DNA of 64,000 bases from Nitrospirota bacterium. Lineage in GTDB: Bacteria; Nitrospirota; Thermodesulfovibrionia; Thermodesulfovibrionales; Dissulfurispiraceae. Within the stretch, counting starts at the first letter, position 1; every line of letters begins with the position of its first letter. This document shows positions 1 to 9,270 of this stretch, in pieces. The notes under the pieces were generated by a model. That model made no database searches. It saw only the letters and a list, made by a program, of their open reading frames with translations, and was not told the origin of the DNA. Location: assembly GCA_040754455.1 (NCBI GenBank), contig JBFMCP010000010.1:19540-83539 (forward strand). Direction: 5' to 3'. Both the position numbers and the translations under genes were made by a program.

Positions 1-254
1 TAATGCAGAGCCTTGCGGAAGCATACCGGAAAGTCGGCAAACCCGATGAAGCGCTTGCCGTGTATGCCCGCATTCTCAAGATAAACGCCAACAACGCGCT
101 CGCCTATTATCAGATGGGCAAGACCTACCTGGAAATGAGCAGTAAGCAAAAGGCGATCGAATGCATCAAAAAAGCATGGGAGCTTAATCCCTTCTCAAAG
201 GAGATAACCGCCGATCTTAAAGCGCTTGCGGAGAAAGACAGGCTGGATATTTAG
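1..254 (+). CDS. TPR-repeat protein, C-terminal part (runs off the window start)
   Basis: TPR-like helices (LAEAYRKVGKPDEALAVY; AYYQMGKTYLEM...AIECIKKAWELNP). Confidence 0.8.
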   Translation, partial: MQSLAEAYRKVGKPDEALAVYARILKINANNALAYYQMGKTYLEMSSKQKAIECIKKAWELNPFSKEITADLKALAEKDRLDI

Positions 255-295
255 CGATGCGATAGAGGATGTAGTATAATTAGGACAAATGTCGA

Positions 296-420
296 AAATT
301 CGAAATTCCAAACTCTAAATCCTAAACAATATCAAAATCCAAATATTCAAACCGTTCAGAACCCTTAACGATCAAGGTGCGGTTTCCATTGTAATTTAGG
401 ATTTAGGGTTTAGGATTTGC
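296..420. repeat. Heptamer-periodic imperfect inverted repeat element (AAATCCT/ATTTAGG type)
   Basis: aaattcg aaattcc aaactct aaatcct aaac ... atttagg atttagg gtttagg attt; AT-rich and intergenic. Confidence 0.75.
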
Positions 421-439
421 AGTACCGAGGAGGTTTTTT

Positions 440-1213
440 TTGGATCCGGAAATAATTAAGGCGATTATCCTGGGTGTTGTACAAGGGATTACCGAATTTT
501 TCCCCATCAGCAGTACCGCTCATCTGATCCTCTTCCCCTGGTTTTTCGGCTGGGAGGGCGAGCTCAATACCTTGACCTTTGATGTTGCCCTGCACGGCGG
601 CACCCTTGTCTCCCTGATCGTTTGTTTTTACAAAGATTGGATACACCTGTTTCTGAGGGACCGGCAAACGCTCTTCACGATCATTATCGCTACCATCCCT
701 GCAGGGGCCGCCGGCGTGGCATTTAACGATATAATTGAGCACACCTTGCGAAGTCCGCTCATTATCGTAGGTGCCCTCGTCGGGTTCGGCGTGCTTATGC
801 TCTTGGCAGAACGTTATGGAAAGAGATATAAGGAGCACCCCTCGTTCGTTGACGGATTCATGGTCGGCTGCGCACAGGCAGTGGCGCTGATTCCGGGAGT
901 TTCGCGTTCGGGCATTACCATTACCGCGGGGCTCTTCAGGAACATCAGGAGGGAATCGGCGGCGCGCTTTTCCTTTCTCCTTTCGACGCCGGTCATTGCA
1001 GGCGCAACGCTCTTGGAAGGGCGAAAACTGGTGAGCAGTCCTGAGCATTACCACCTCGATGTGTTTGCCGCCGGTTTTGTCGCCGCCTTTATTTCCGGAT
1101 TTGTCGCGATAAAGTTCCTCCTTGCTTTTCTGAAGAAGCACCCCCTCCACCTCTTCATTTACTATAGGTTTTCGCTTGCTGTTATAATATTAGGCATATG
1201 GCTGTACCAGTAG
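440..1213 (+). CDS. uppP: Undecaprenyl-diphosphate phosphatase
   Basis: VQGITEFFPISSTAHL and PGVSRSG motifs; hydrophobic; GGAGG RBS before a TTG start. Confidence 0.95.
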   Translation: MDPEIIKAIILGVVQGITEFFPISSTAHLILFPWFFGWEGELNTLTFDVALHGGTLVSLIVCFYKDWIHLFLRDRQTLFTIIIATIPAGAAGVAFNDIIEHTLRSPLIIVGALVGFGVLMLLAERYGKRYKEHPSFVDGFMVGCAQAVALIPGVSRSGITITAGLFRNIRRESAARFSFLLSTPVIAGATLLEGRKLVSSPEHYHLDVFAAGFVAAFISGFVAIKFLLAFLKKHPLHLFIYYRFSLAVIILGIWLYQ

Positions 1214-3363
1214 ACAGGCACAACGACGACGAACGCGCTCCTGCGGCTGCAAAGAATGACCGGCAATCTGCCGATAACAGAGGCAGAAGGCTCGAGGAAA
1301 TCAGGGGAGTGGTCGCTATTCTGGGGGCGCTCTACCTCGGCCTGTCGCTTGTATCCTACGACCGGTGGGAGCAATCGCTGTTTACCTTTTCTCCGGCACC
1401 GTCCCGCAACTATGGGGGTATCGTGGGCGCCTATAGCGCCGATGCGCTCTTCTCTCTTATCGGGCTGCCAGCCTATCTGGTGCCTGTCCTATTGCTGCTG
1501 TACGGCGTGAGGAGAATTATCGGAAAAGAGCGGACGATCATCCCGCTGCTCGGCGCAGTGCTTCTCACTTCCTCGCTTTCGATGCTGCTGCACCTCTCGG
1601 CAACCGTCATTTCCCTGCCGCTTCCTGTTGAACCGGTCGGCGGGCTCACGGGGCTCCTGTTGGCGGACCTCTTTGCAGGACTGCTTTCTCGAGTCGGTGC
1701 ATATATGGTAAGTATCGCCTTGGTCCTTGTCGCACTGATCCTTATGAGTCCGGTTTCTCCATTCTCTTTCTTCTTACAGCGAACACAGCAGCAGAAGAAG
1801 GGTGGCAAAGACGGGGAGTTTGCCGCACCCGCTGCTTTCGACAGCGGACTGTTTATGAATGATCCTGAGAGGAGTGTCGCAGCGCCTGATGAGCCGCCCC
1901 TTTCTGTTTCACGTAGAGCGACGAAGGAACGTCCGGCAAAGGAACGGACAGTACGTGAGCCCCGGAACGAAAGCGGTTACCTCCTGCCCTCTCTGGAATT
2001 GTTGAAGGAGGGCGAAGATGTTTCGGGCCCTTCGAGAGAGGAGTTGAATGCTGCCGCAGCAGGACTCGAACGGAAATTAAGTGACTTCGGCGTCAACGGA
2101 CGCATTAAGGGAGCCCATCCCGGCCCGGTGGTAACCATGTACGAGTTCGAGCCTGCGGCGGGAGTGAAGATCAACAGGATCGTCTCCCTTTCGGATGATC
2201 TCGCTCTCGCCCTGCGCGCACCGAGCATTCGGGTCTACCCGATTCCCGGCAAGGCAACGATCGGTATCGAAGTGCCGAACCGCCAGCGCGCGACCGTCTC
2301 CCTTAAGGAGATCATTGCTTCAGATACGTTTCAAAAGGGCAGTTCCCTGCTTACCCTCGCGCTGGGAAAGGACATATTCGGCAATCCCATTGCTACGGAT
2401 CTCGCGAAGATGCCCCACCTCCTCGTCGCTGGTGCGACCGGTTCGGGGAAGAGCGTCTCCATCAATGCCATGATCATCAGCCTCCTCTATAAGGCGACTC
2501 CCGATGAGGTGAAAATGCTGATGGTCGATCCCAAACTGCTCGAGCTCTCGGCGTATGCAGATATTCCTCATCTGATCTCCCCGGTGATTACGAGCCCGAA
2601 AGAGGCTTCCGAAGCGCTCAAGAAGATGGTCTTTGAAATGGAGCGGCGTTATCGTCTTCTCGCAGAGAAGGGCGCGCGGAACATCGATACATATAATCGC
2701 CAGGTGCCTTCATCGGAGCGGCTTCCCTATATCGTGGTGTTTATCGATGAACTCGCTGACCTGATGTTTACCGCTCCGAGCGATGTCGAAAACGCCATCG
2801 CACGGCTTGCCCAGATGGCGCGGGCCTCGGGGATCCACCTGATCCTCGCGACACAGCGCCCCTCGGTCGATGTCATTACCGGTTTGATCAAGGCGAACTT
2901 CCCGGCGCGGATTTCTTTTCAGGTGACCTCGAAAATCGATTCCCGGACCATACTTGATGCCCAGGGAGCGGAACAGCTCCTCGGCATGGGCGATATGCTC
3001 TTCATGATCCCCGGCGTCAAGATGCTGCGCATTCACGGTGCTTATGTGAGCGAGACCGAGGTGCAGGAGATTACCGGGTTTGTGAAATCCCAGGGACAGC
3101 CCGATTATTCATCCTTCGAAAGTATCGTCGTCATCGATGAGCAGGGGAAAGGCGCGGACACCGACGGGGAACGGGATGACCTCTACCATCGGGTGCTCGA
3201 ATTCGCTGAGACGGTCGGCGAGGTCTCGATCTCTTCCATACAGAGAAGATTCAAGATAGGGTACAACAGGGCAGCGAACATTATGGAGCTCATGGAAGAG
3301 GACGGGCTTGTCGGACCGCCCAAAGGCGCAGGAAAACCCAGAGACTTTCTGGGAAGGAGGTAG
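1198..3363 (+). CDS. ftsK: DNA translocase FtsK
   Basis: N-terminal TM domain, PHLLVAGATGSGKS Walker A, DELADLM, ATQRPSVDV, C-terminal gamma domain (IQRRFKIGYNRAA). Confidence 0.97.
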   Translation: MAVPVDRHNDDERAPAAAKNDRQSADNRGRRLEEIRGVVAILGALYLGLSLVSYDRWEQSLFTFSPAPSRNYGGIVGAYSADALFSLIGLPAYLVPVLLLLYGVRRIIGKERTIIPLLGAVLLTSSLSMLLHLSATVISLPLPVEPVGGLTGLLLADLFAGLLSRVGAYMVSIALVLVALILMSPVSPFSFFLQRTQQQKKGGKDGEFAAPAAFDSGLFMNDPERSVAAPDEPPLSVSRRATKERPAKERTVREPRNESGYLLPSLELLKEGEDVSGPSREELNAAAAGLERKLSDFGVNGRIKGAHPGPVVTMYEFEPAAGVKINRIVSLSDDLALALRAPSIRVYPIPGKATIGIEVPNRQRATVSLKEIIASDTFQKGSSLLTLALGKDIFGNPIATDLAKMPHLLVAGATGSGKSVSINAMIISLLYKATPDEVKMLMVDPKLLELSAYADIPHLISPVITSPKEASEALKKMVFEMERRYRLLAEKGARNIDTYNRQVPSSERLPYIVVFIDELADLMFTAPSDVENAIARLAQMARASGIHLILATQRPSVDVITGLIKANFPARISFQVTSKIDSRTILDAQGAEQLLGMGDMLFMIPGVKMLRIHGAYVSETEVQEITGFVKSQGQPDYSSFESIVVIDEQGKGADTDGERDDLYHRVLEFAETVGEVSISSIQRRFKIGYNRAANIMELMEEDGLVGPPKGAGKPRDFLGRR

Positions 3364-3366
3364 ATT

Positions 3367-4032
3367 ATGAAAACAGGAGCTGAAAGAACGGGAAGCACTC
3401 CCCTATCATTGCTTAATACAATCACTCTCTCTTTTATCGTGCTGTTCCTTGCAGGGACATCATTATCATTTGCAGCAGCGGTGGATGATGAAATTGCGCG
3501 GATTCAGAAGGCTTACGAGAATATAAAAGATATGAAGGGCAGTTTTATACAGAGGAGCTTCATAAAGGACCTCAAAAGGACTGATACCTACAGCGGACAA
3601 TTTTTTATAAAACCGCCGAAGGTGAAGTGGGAGTTCAAGGGGGACAAACCGCAGACGGTATATATTACCGGCCAGGACATTATCATCTATCAGAAGAAAG
3701 AGAAACAGGCCTTCAAGGCAAAATTCGACCGTGCGACTTATGGCCAGGCACCCATCGCCCTGCTGGGCGGATTCGGGGAGATCAGGAAAGAATTCGACGC
3801 ATCGATGAAGAACGAAAAGCTCCTCCTCAAGCCGAAACGTCCCATGGGAAACATCGTCCAGATCGAGCTCTCGACCAATGAGAGCGGATTCCCGGTCGCA
3901 TCGTTGACGATCACCGATACGCTCTCCAATAAAGTTGAGATCGTCCTGAAGAATGTAATGACCAATACAGGTATCAGTGATAAAATGTTCGAATTCTCGC
4001 CGCCCGAAGGGGTGAATATCGTGGAGCAATAG
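3367..4032 (+). CDS. lolA: Outer-membrane lipoprotein carrier protein LolA
   Basis: Signal peptide, SGQFFIKPPKVKWEF, C-terminal FEFSPPEGV; canonical position after ftsK. Confidence 0.85.
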   Translation: MKTGAERTGSTPLSLLNTITLSFIVLFLAGTSLSFAAAVDDEIARIQKAYENIKDMKGSFIQRSFIKDLKRTDTYSGQFFIKPPKVKWEFKGDKPQTVYITGQDIIIYQKKEKQAFKAKFDRATYGQAPIALLGGFGEIRKEFDASMKNEKLLLKPKRPMGNIVQIELSTNESGFPVASLTITDTLSNKVEIVLKNVMTNTGISDKMFEFSPPEGVNIVEQ

Positions 4033-4986
4033 ATGAGCAAACGGAAAAGAATCGCCATCACCATTGGAGATCCGGCGGGCATCGGCCCCGAGGTTGTGCT
4101 GAAAGCGCTCCTTTCGATCGAGGTTGCGGAGAACTGCACCCCGGTGGTCATCGGCGATCGGACTGTCCTCGCGGAAGCCGTTGCCGCACTTTCTCTTCCC
4201 CTCACGCTGAAGAGTATCGAGCTGGTTGAATGTCGTCAAATCACCGACCCTCATTTTGAGAAGGGAAAGCCTACTGCCGAGGGCGGCAGGGCATCGGTCG
4301 CTTATATAAAGAAGGCGGTTGAACTGGCCCTCAAGAAGGATGTCAATGCCATTGTCACAGCACCGATCTCGAAAGAGGCGCTGAAGAAGGCGGGCGTTCC
4401 CTGGCCGGGGCATACGGAGATGCTCGCGGAGCTGACAGGTACAAAAGATTTCGCCATGATGCTCTGCGGAGGGCCGCTCCGGGTCATTCTGGTGACCATA
4501 CATGCCCCGCTCAAGAACGTACCGGCACTTATTACAAGGGACCGGGTGATGAGGACCATCTTTCTTGCGAAAAGGGCCTGCGCAATGCTCGGCATTGCCG
4601 AGCCCAGGATTGCTGTTGCAGGCCTGAACCCCCATGCAGGTGAAGTGGGAATATTCGGCAACGAGGAGATCAATGAGATATTGCCTGCAATCAAAGAGGC
4701 ACAGAAGAGCGGTATTTCCGTCACCGGCCCTCATCCTGCCGATTCGCTTTTCCACAAGGCATATAAAGGCGCATTTGATATTATTGTGTCGATGTACCAC
4801 GACCAGGGGCTTATTCCGCTTAAAATGATCGCCTTTGATACAGGGGTGAATGTAACCGTCGGGCTCCCGATCATAAGGACCTCTCCTGACCACGGCACCG
4901 CCTATGACATCGCCTGGAAAGGGATCGCCCATCCCTTGAGCATGATCGAGGCGGTGAAGCTCGCCATGCAAATGAGGATCCGGTAA
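4033..4986 (+). CDS. pdxA: 4-hydroxythreonine-4-phosphate dehydrogenase
   Basis: TIGDPAGIGPE, GHTE, GLNPHAGE, MYHDQG, RTSPDHGTA motifs. Confidence 0.95.
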   Translation: MSKRKRIAITIGDPAGIGPEVVLKALLSIEVAENCTPVVIGDRTVLAEAVAALSLPLTLKSIELVECRQITDPHFEKGKPTAEGGRASVAYIKKAVELALKKDVNAIVTAPISKEALKKAGVPWPGHTEMLAELTGTKDFAMMLCGGPLRVILVTIHAPLKNVPALITRDRVMRTIFLAKRACAMLGIAEPRIAVAGLNPHAGEVGIFGNEEINEILPAIKEAQKSGISVTGPHPADSLFHKAYKGAFDIIVSMYHDQGLIPLKMIAFDTGVNVTVGLPIIRTSPDHGTAYDIAWKGIAHPLSMIEAVKLAMQMRIR

Positions 4987-6107
4987 TGCTCTTCGAACCT
5001 TTTTCCCTTGCACGGCTTACCCTGAAAAACCGTATTGTCCGTTCCGCTACCTATGAGAAGAGGGCGGATGTCGACGGGTTCGTCACCGATGCAGTAATCG
5101 AGCTCTATGAGGAGCTCGTAAAAGGCGGGACAGGACTGATCATTACCGGGAATGTCCTTGTCCATACCTCGGGAAGATCGGTACCCCAGATGCTCTGCAT
5201 TCATAACGATTTCTATATCGAAAAGCTCAAGCAACTCGCCGATACGGTGCACAGGCTCGACGGCAACATAGTGATGCAGCTTGTCCACGGAGGACGGCAA
5301 TGTTTCCCTGCGCTTCTCGGAGGACAACAACCGGTTGCTCCCTCCGAAGTCTATGACCCTTCCACGAACGTGACCCCGCGGGCAATGAATAACGAGGAGA
5401 TATGGGAGACGATCGAGGCCTTCGGTGACGCAGCCCGCCGGGCTCAGTGCGCAGGCTTTGATGGCGTTCAGATTCATGGCGCCCACGGCTATCTTATCAG
5501 CGAATTCCTTTCTCCTCATACGAACCGGCGAAGCGACTACTGGGGCGGCGATGAGGAGCGGCGGTTTCATTTCCTCGAAGAAGTGTACAAGGCAATGAGA
5601 AAAGAGGTGGGAAAGCACTTTCCCATTATGATCAAAATGAATGCCGATGATTATGTCGAGGGAGGATTGACCCCTGAAGAAAGTATCAGAATCGCACAGC
5701 GGCTCGAGGAACTCGGTATTGCGGCAATTGAAGTGAGCGGGGGAATGTATGAGTCGGGAAACAAGACCGCGCAGCTCAATATTAAAAGCACTGACCAGGA
5801 AGCATACTTCAGAAGCGCCGCACAGCTCTTTAAAGAGCAGGTACATGTCCCGATTATTCTTGTAGGAGGGCTGCGCTCCAGGGTGCTGATGGAAGAAGTC
5901 CTTCAGAGAGGGGATGCCGACCTCGTCTCTTTGTCGCGGCCGCTGATCAGGGAACCCGACCTGCCCAATAAGTTCAAGGCAGGCAAGGAAAAAGCGGACT
6001 GTATCTCCTGCAACGGCTGCATGCGTTTCATGAAGCTCGACATGGTGAAATGTGTGCAGCTCAACAAAGAAAAGAAGCCAGAATCCAGTAGTCAGAATTC
6101 AGAATAA
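4986..6107 (+). CDS. NADH:flavin oxidoreductase (old yellow enzyme family) with a C-terminal Cys cluster
   Basis: GFDGVQIHGAHGYLISEFLSPHTNRRSDYWGG; C-terminal CISCNGC...C. Confidence 0.9.
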   Translation: MLFEPFSLARLTLKNRIVRSATYEKRADVDGFVTDAVIELYEELVKGGTGLIITGNVLVHTSGRSVPQMLCIHNDFYIEKLKQLADTVHRLDGNIVMQLVHGGRQCFPALLGGQQPVAPSEVYDPSTNVTPRAMNNEEIWETIEAFGDAARRAQCAGFDGVQIHGAHGYLISEFLSPHTNRRSDYWGGDEERRFHFLEEVYKAMRKEVGKHFPIMIKMNADDYVEGGLTPEESIRIAQRLEELGIAAIEVSGGMYESGNKTAQLNIKSTDQEAYFRSAAQLFKEQVHVPIILVGGLRSRVLMEEVLQRGDADLVSLSRPLIREPDLPNKFKAGKEKADCISCNGCMRFMKLDMVKCVQLNKEKKPESSSQNSE

Positions 6108-6160
6108 AATTTATTCGCCTTTTTCCTTCTGGCTCCTGACTACTGGATTCTGGCTTCTTT
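6071..6160. repeat. Heptamer-periodic inverted repeat element (AGAATCC type) with 25-bp perfect arms; probably also acts as terminator between convergent genes
   Basis: AAAGAAGCCAGAATCCAGTAGTCAG (6071-6095) is the exact reverse complement of 6136-6160. Confidence 0.85.
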
Positions 6161-6163
6161 CCA

Positions 6164-6625
6164 TCATGCCGGCATCGGCGGGCTCAGCTCCCGCATCATG
6201 ATAAAGGCGTTTTCCGTCGGATTGGCATAGTAATTCTTTCTGATGCCGATGATCTTGAAGCCGAGCTTCTCGTAGAGCTTTTTTGCCGCCTGGTTTGAGA
6301 CCCTCACTTCAAGGTACATGAACCTGCAGCCATCGGTTATGGTGTCCTGCAGCACGTTGTTGAAGAGCATGACCGCCACTCCCTGCCTCCGGTAGTCGGG
6401 ATGCACCGCGAGGTCCATCAGATGGCATTCATCGGCGATCTGCCGAACGCAGATGTATCCGATGATCTTGTGGTTGAGCTCGGCAACGCGCGTTATCGAA
6501 TAGCGGTTGTAAAGTTCGCTGTGGAATGAGGTCTCTGACCAGGGGGTGGTAAATGACCGACGCTCGATCAGTATGACCTCGGGGATATCTTCCGGAGACA
6601 TTTCGCGAATGACTATGGTATGCAT
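6164..6625 (-). CDS. rimI: Ribosomal protein S18-alanine N-acetyltransferase
   Basis: SFTTPWS, LAVHPDYRRQG, LEVRVSN, RKNYY; adjacent to tsaB. Confidence 0.92.
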   Translation of the reverse strand: MHTIVIREMSPEDIPEVILIERRSFTTPWSETSFHSELYNRYSITRVAELNHKIIGYICVRQIADECHLMDLAVHPDYRRQGVAVMLFNNVLQDTITDGCRFMYLEVRVSNQAAKKLYEKLGFKIIGIRKNYYANPTENAFIMMRELSPPMPA

Positions 6626-6642
6626 GCGTCACTCCAAAAGAG

Positions 6643-6763
6643 AAGCTCTCAGTCCTAAGCACCAAATCCTAAACAAGCGGCAAGCTCGAAATCCTAAGCA
6701 CGAAATTCTAAACGGATGGAAGGAATTCTTTGTTTAGGATTTGGAAATTCGAATTTAGGGTTT
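6643..6763. repeat. Heptamer-periodic imperfect inverted repeat element (AAATCCT type)
   Basis: aagcacc aaatcct aaac..aagctcg aaatcct aagcacg aaattct aaac ... gtttagg atttgga aattcga atttagg; same family as 296-420. Confidence 0.75.
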
Positions 6764-6783
6764 TTGCTCATCGTTGTGGTTTG

Positions 6784-7470
6784 TTATGGCTTCTTTTGTT
6801 TCAATTCCGCTTCTGATTTTCTGAGATAAAGGGGAGTGAGGGTCACTGGGTCCTCATACTCTCCATTCCTCGCTGTTATCATGCCCAGGTGCGCAACGGC
6901 GGCGGGGGATGGCACCATGGCTCCCGGTGGGGCAAAGAGTGCCCGCTCGCCGAGCGTTTTCTGAATGCTGTTCCGGTAGAGCATCGCTCCTTCACCGAGA
7001 AAGACAGCGGGTTCATCGATGCCCGCGAGGAGGGTTTCGAGCTTCATTGCCTGCTCGGGCATGAGCCTGCTGAATCCGTGCCCGGTCCATTTGAAGAGAC
7101 CGGTATACACCTCTTTCTTCCGTGCGTCCAGCAGAGGGCAGACCGGATGGCGCGTAAAAGGGACATTCCATGCAAGCGCTTCGAGGGTCGGGACCGCAAC
7201 CACTCCCTTTCCTGTTGCATAGGCAAGGCCCTTTATCGTGCTGAGCCCTACTCTGAGGCCTGTGAACGAGCCGGGTCCTATGGAAAGGGCAAACGCATCC
7301 ATATCGTGCAGGGAGAGCCGCGCGCCTTTGAGGACATGATCGATTTCGGTCATGATCCGTTCGGAGTGCGTTACCCGCACATTCATGCGCGACTCGGCGA
7401 TGAGGGTATCGTCATCAATGAGGGCGATGCCGCCCAGCATGGTCGCCGTCTCTATAGCAAGCAGTCTCAT
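6784..7470 (-). CDS. tsaB: tRNA threonylcarbamoyladenosine biosynthesis protein TsaB
   Basis: LLAIETAT, HSE, GPGSFTGLRVG, DARKKEVY, PLYLR. Confidence 0.95.
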   Translation of the reverse strand: MRLLAIETATMLGGIALIDDDTLIAESRMNVRVTHSERIMTEIDHVLKGARLSLHDMDAFALSIGPGSFTGLRVGLSTIKGLAYATGKGVVAVPTLEALAWNVPFTRHPVCPLLDARKKEVYTGLFKWTGHGFSRLMPEQAMKLETLLAGIDEPAVFLGEGAMLYRNSIQKTLGERALFAPPGAMVPSPAAVAHLGMITARNGEYEDPVTLTPLYLRKSEAELKQKKP

Positions 7471-7478
7471 AGTGTCTC

Positions 7479-8693
7479 TTACGTGTGATGCGCAGCAGCG
7501 CTCCTGAATGCCTTCGAAAATATTATACTACCGGTGATGCATATTGTCGCAAAAATCTTGAGTGACGTGATCGCTCCCAGCGCTTCGGCAGTGAGTCCGA
7601 TGATCGAGTTCCCGACCGGAGCAAGCCCCAGAAAGACGAGGATATAGAGGCTCATCACCCGCCCCCGCAATGCATCGGGGACCATGTTCTGAATGAAGCT
7701 GTTGCTCGTTGCGAGATAGCTGACCACGCCCCAGCCCGCAAAAAAGATCAGGAGGAGCGATAAATGAAAATTCATTGAGAAAGAGAGGCCGAGAATCGCG
7801 ACTGAAAAGACCAATCCCGAGAGCGGTATATAGAGGTCCTTTCGTCTGACCTCTCCCTTGAAGGCGATGATGAGCGCGGCAGTCAGAGAGCCGGCACCTG
7901 CTGACGCGACCAGGAGACTGAGTCCCTTGGCGCCGACCTGCAATATCTCTGCTGCAAGTACCGGCAGCAGGGTGATATAGGGGATGCCGAAGAGGCTGTA
8001 GATCGAGATCGTGGCCATGATGTAGAGAATGGACTTTTCCTGTCTCACAAATCTCCAGCCGTCGATGATTTCTTCGGCAATGCCTTTGGAGTAGGCCTTT
8101 ACCGCACCTTTTACCCGCACCTTCGAGAGGGCAAAGATAACGGCGACAAAGCTTATTGCGTTGAGGTAAAAGCATGCGGGGATGCCGAAGTTGGCGATGA
8201 GAAAACCTGCGATCACCGGCCCGATGACCCGTGCACCATTGAAGGCGGCTGAATTCATGGCAATGGCATTGGTAATGTCCCCCTTGTTCACGACCTCGGC
8301 GAGGAACGCCTGCCGCGCAGGGACGTCAAAGGCATTGACCGTACCGAGAAAAGCGGCAACGACGGCAACGTGCCAGATGGTAACGATATTGGTATCGGTC
8401 AGGATGCCGAGAGCGAGGGCGGGGATGACGGAAAGGGCCTGGGTGACGATCAGGATGTTTCTCTTCGGATATTTATCGGCGACCATACCGCCGATAAGCG
8501 TGAACACGAGGATCGGCAGCGATGAAATAGAGGCGATGATGCCGAGGTAGAGCGGGGATCTTGTCAGCGAGTAGACGAGCCAGCTCTGGGCGACGGAGTG
8601 CATCCATGTCCCGGAGAGGGAGATGATCTGCCCGAACCAGAAGAGTCTGAAGTCCCTTACGTAGAGTGCGGAGAACCGGTGATGGTTTTGCAT
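7479..8693 (-). CDS. MFS transporter (DHA3/EntS-like)
   Basis: FRLFWFGQIISLSGTWM, GGMVADKYPKR, LRGRVMS; about 12 TM segments. Confidence 0.9.
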   Translation of the reverse strand: MQNHHRFSALYVRDFRLFWFGQIISLSGTWMHSVAQSWLVYSLTRSPLYLGIIASISSLPILVFTLIGGMVADKYPKRNILIVTQALSVIPALALGILTDTNIVTIWHVAVVAAFLGTVNAFDVPARQAFLAEVVNKGDITNAIAMNSAAFNGARVIGPVIAGFLIANFGIPACFYLNAISFVAVIFALSKVRVKGAVKAYSKGIAEEIIDGWRFVRQEKSILYIMATISIYSLFGIPYITLLPVLAAEILQVGAKGLSLLVASAGAGSLTAALIIAFKGEVRRKDLYIPLSGLVFSVAILGLSFSMNFHLSLLLIFFAGWGVVSYLATSNSFIQNMVPDALRGRVMSLYILVFLGLAPVGNSIIGLTAEALGAITSLKIFATICITGSIIFSKAFRSAAAHHT

Positions 8694-8774
8694 GTGTTAC
8701 AAATATGATACCCTAAATATGAGGGCATAGGTCACCTTTAAATGTGGACGTGCTGCTCCGGCGGTCCCTGCTGC

Positions 8775-8821
8775 TTGACAGCTTTGCCGAAATGTGCGTA
8801 AATAGAAATAATTTCTATTTA
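8775..8821 (+). promoter_or_regulatory. sigma70-type promoter (TTGACA at 8775) overlapped by a Zur-box-like palindrome (8799-8821)
   Basis: TAAATAGAAAT-A-ATTTCTATTTA is a perfect 11-1-11 inverted repeat just upstream of zur-znuACB. Confidence 0.8.
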
Positions 8822-8835
8822 TAGAGACCGTTCTT

Positions 8836-9270
8836 ATGCATGGCGATTACATTCAGACATTGAAGAACCTCAACCTCAAAACGACGCCGAAGCGTCTCGC
8901 CATCCTTGAGATACTGGCGGACGAGTTTGTCTATATGGGGCCCGACGATATCTGGAAGCGTATGAAAGAGCGCTTCAGGCGGATTGGGCTCCCTACCGTC
9001 TACCGTAATCTCGAAGAGCTTGCCGAAGGCGGTGTGATCTCGAAGGTGATACATCCCGACCGCAAGCTCTACTACTATTTCTGTAAAAACCGGGATCACC
9101 ATCACCATTTTATCTGCGTCTCCTGCCGCAGGGTTGAAGATGTCAGCTTCTGCGCCGAGCGGGAGATTACCAGGGAAGTGACGGAAAAGATAAAGGGCAG
9201 GGTCCTTTCCCATATCCTCCAGATTAACGGGCTCTGTAGAAAATGCTCACACAAAGAGAAAAGGTCATGA
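8836..9270 (+). CDS. zur: Fur-family regulator, probably the zinc uptake regulator
   Basis: TPKRLAIL, PTVYRNL, HHHHFICVSC...GLCRKC; first gene of a Zn ABC operon. Confidence 0.85.
   Translation: MHGDYIQTLKNLNLKTTPKRLAILEILADEFVYMGPDDIWKRMKERFRRIGLPTVYRNLEELAEGGVISKVIHPDRKLYYYFCKNRDHHHHFICVSCRRVEDVSFCAEREITREVTEKIKGRVLSHILQINGLCRKCSHKEKRS

Noticed and set aside
296..420. Short repeat arrays considered as CRISPR
   Set aside because: Degenerate 7-mers without a repeat-spacer structure; no cas genes in the window.
3466..5013. 515-aa minus-strand ORF, and similar long antisense ORFs (16391-17527, 29163-30281, 33910-34962, 42626-43741, 51253-53109, 55015-56103)
   Set aside because: They are shadows of well-supported genes on the opposite strand and show no recognisable motifs.
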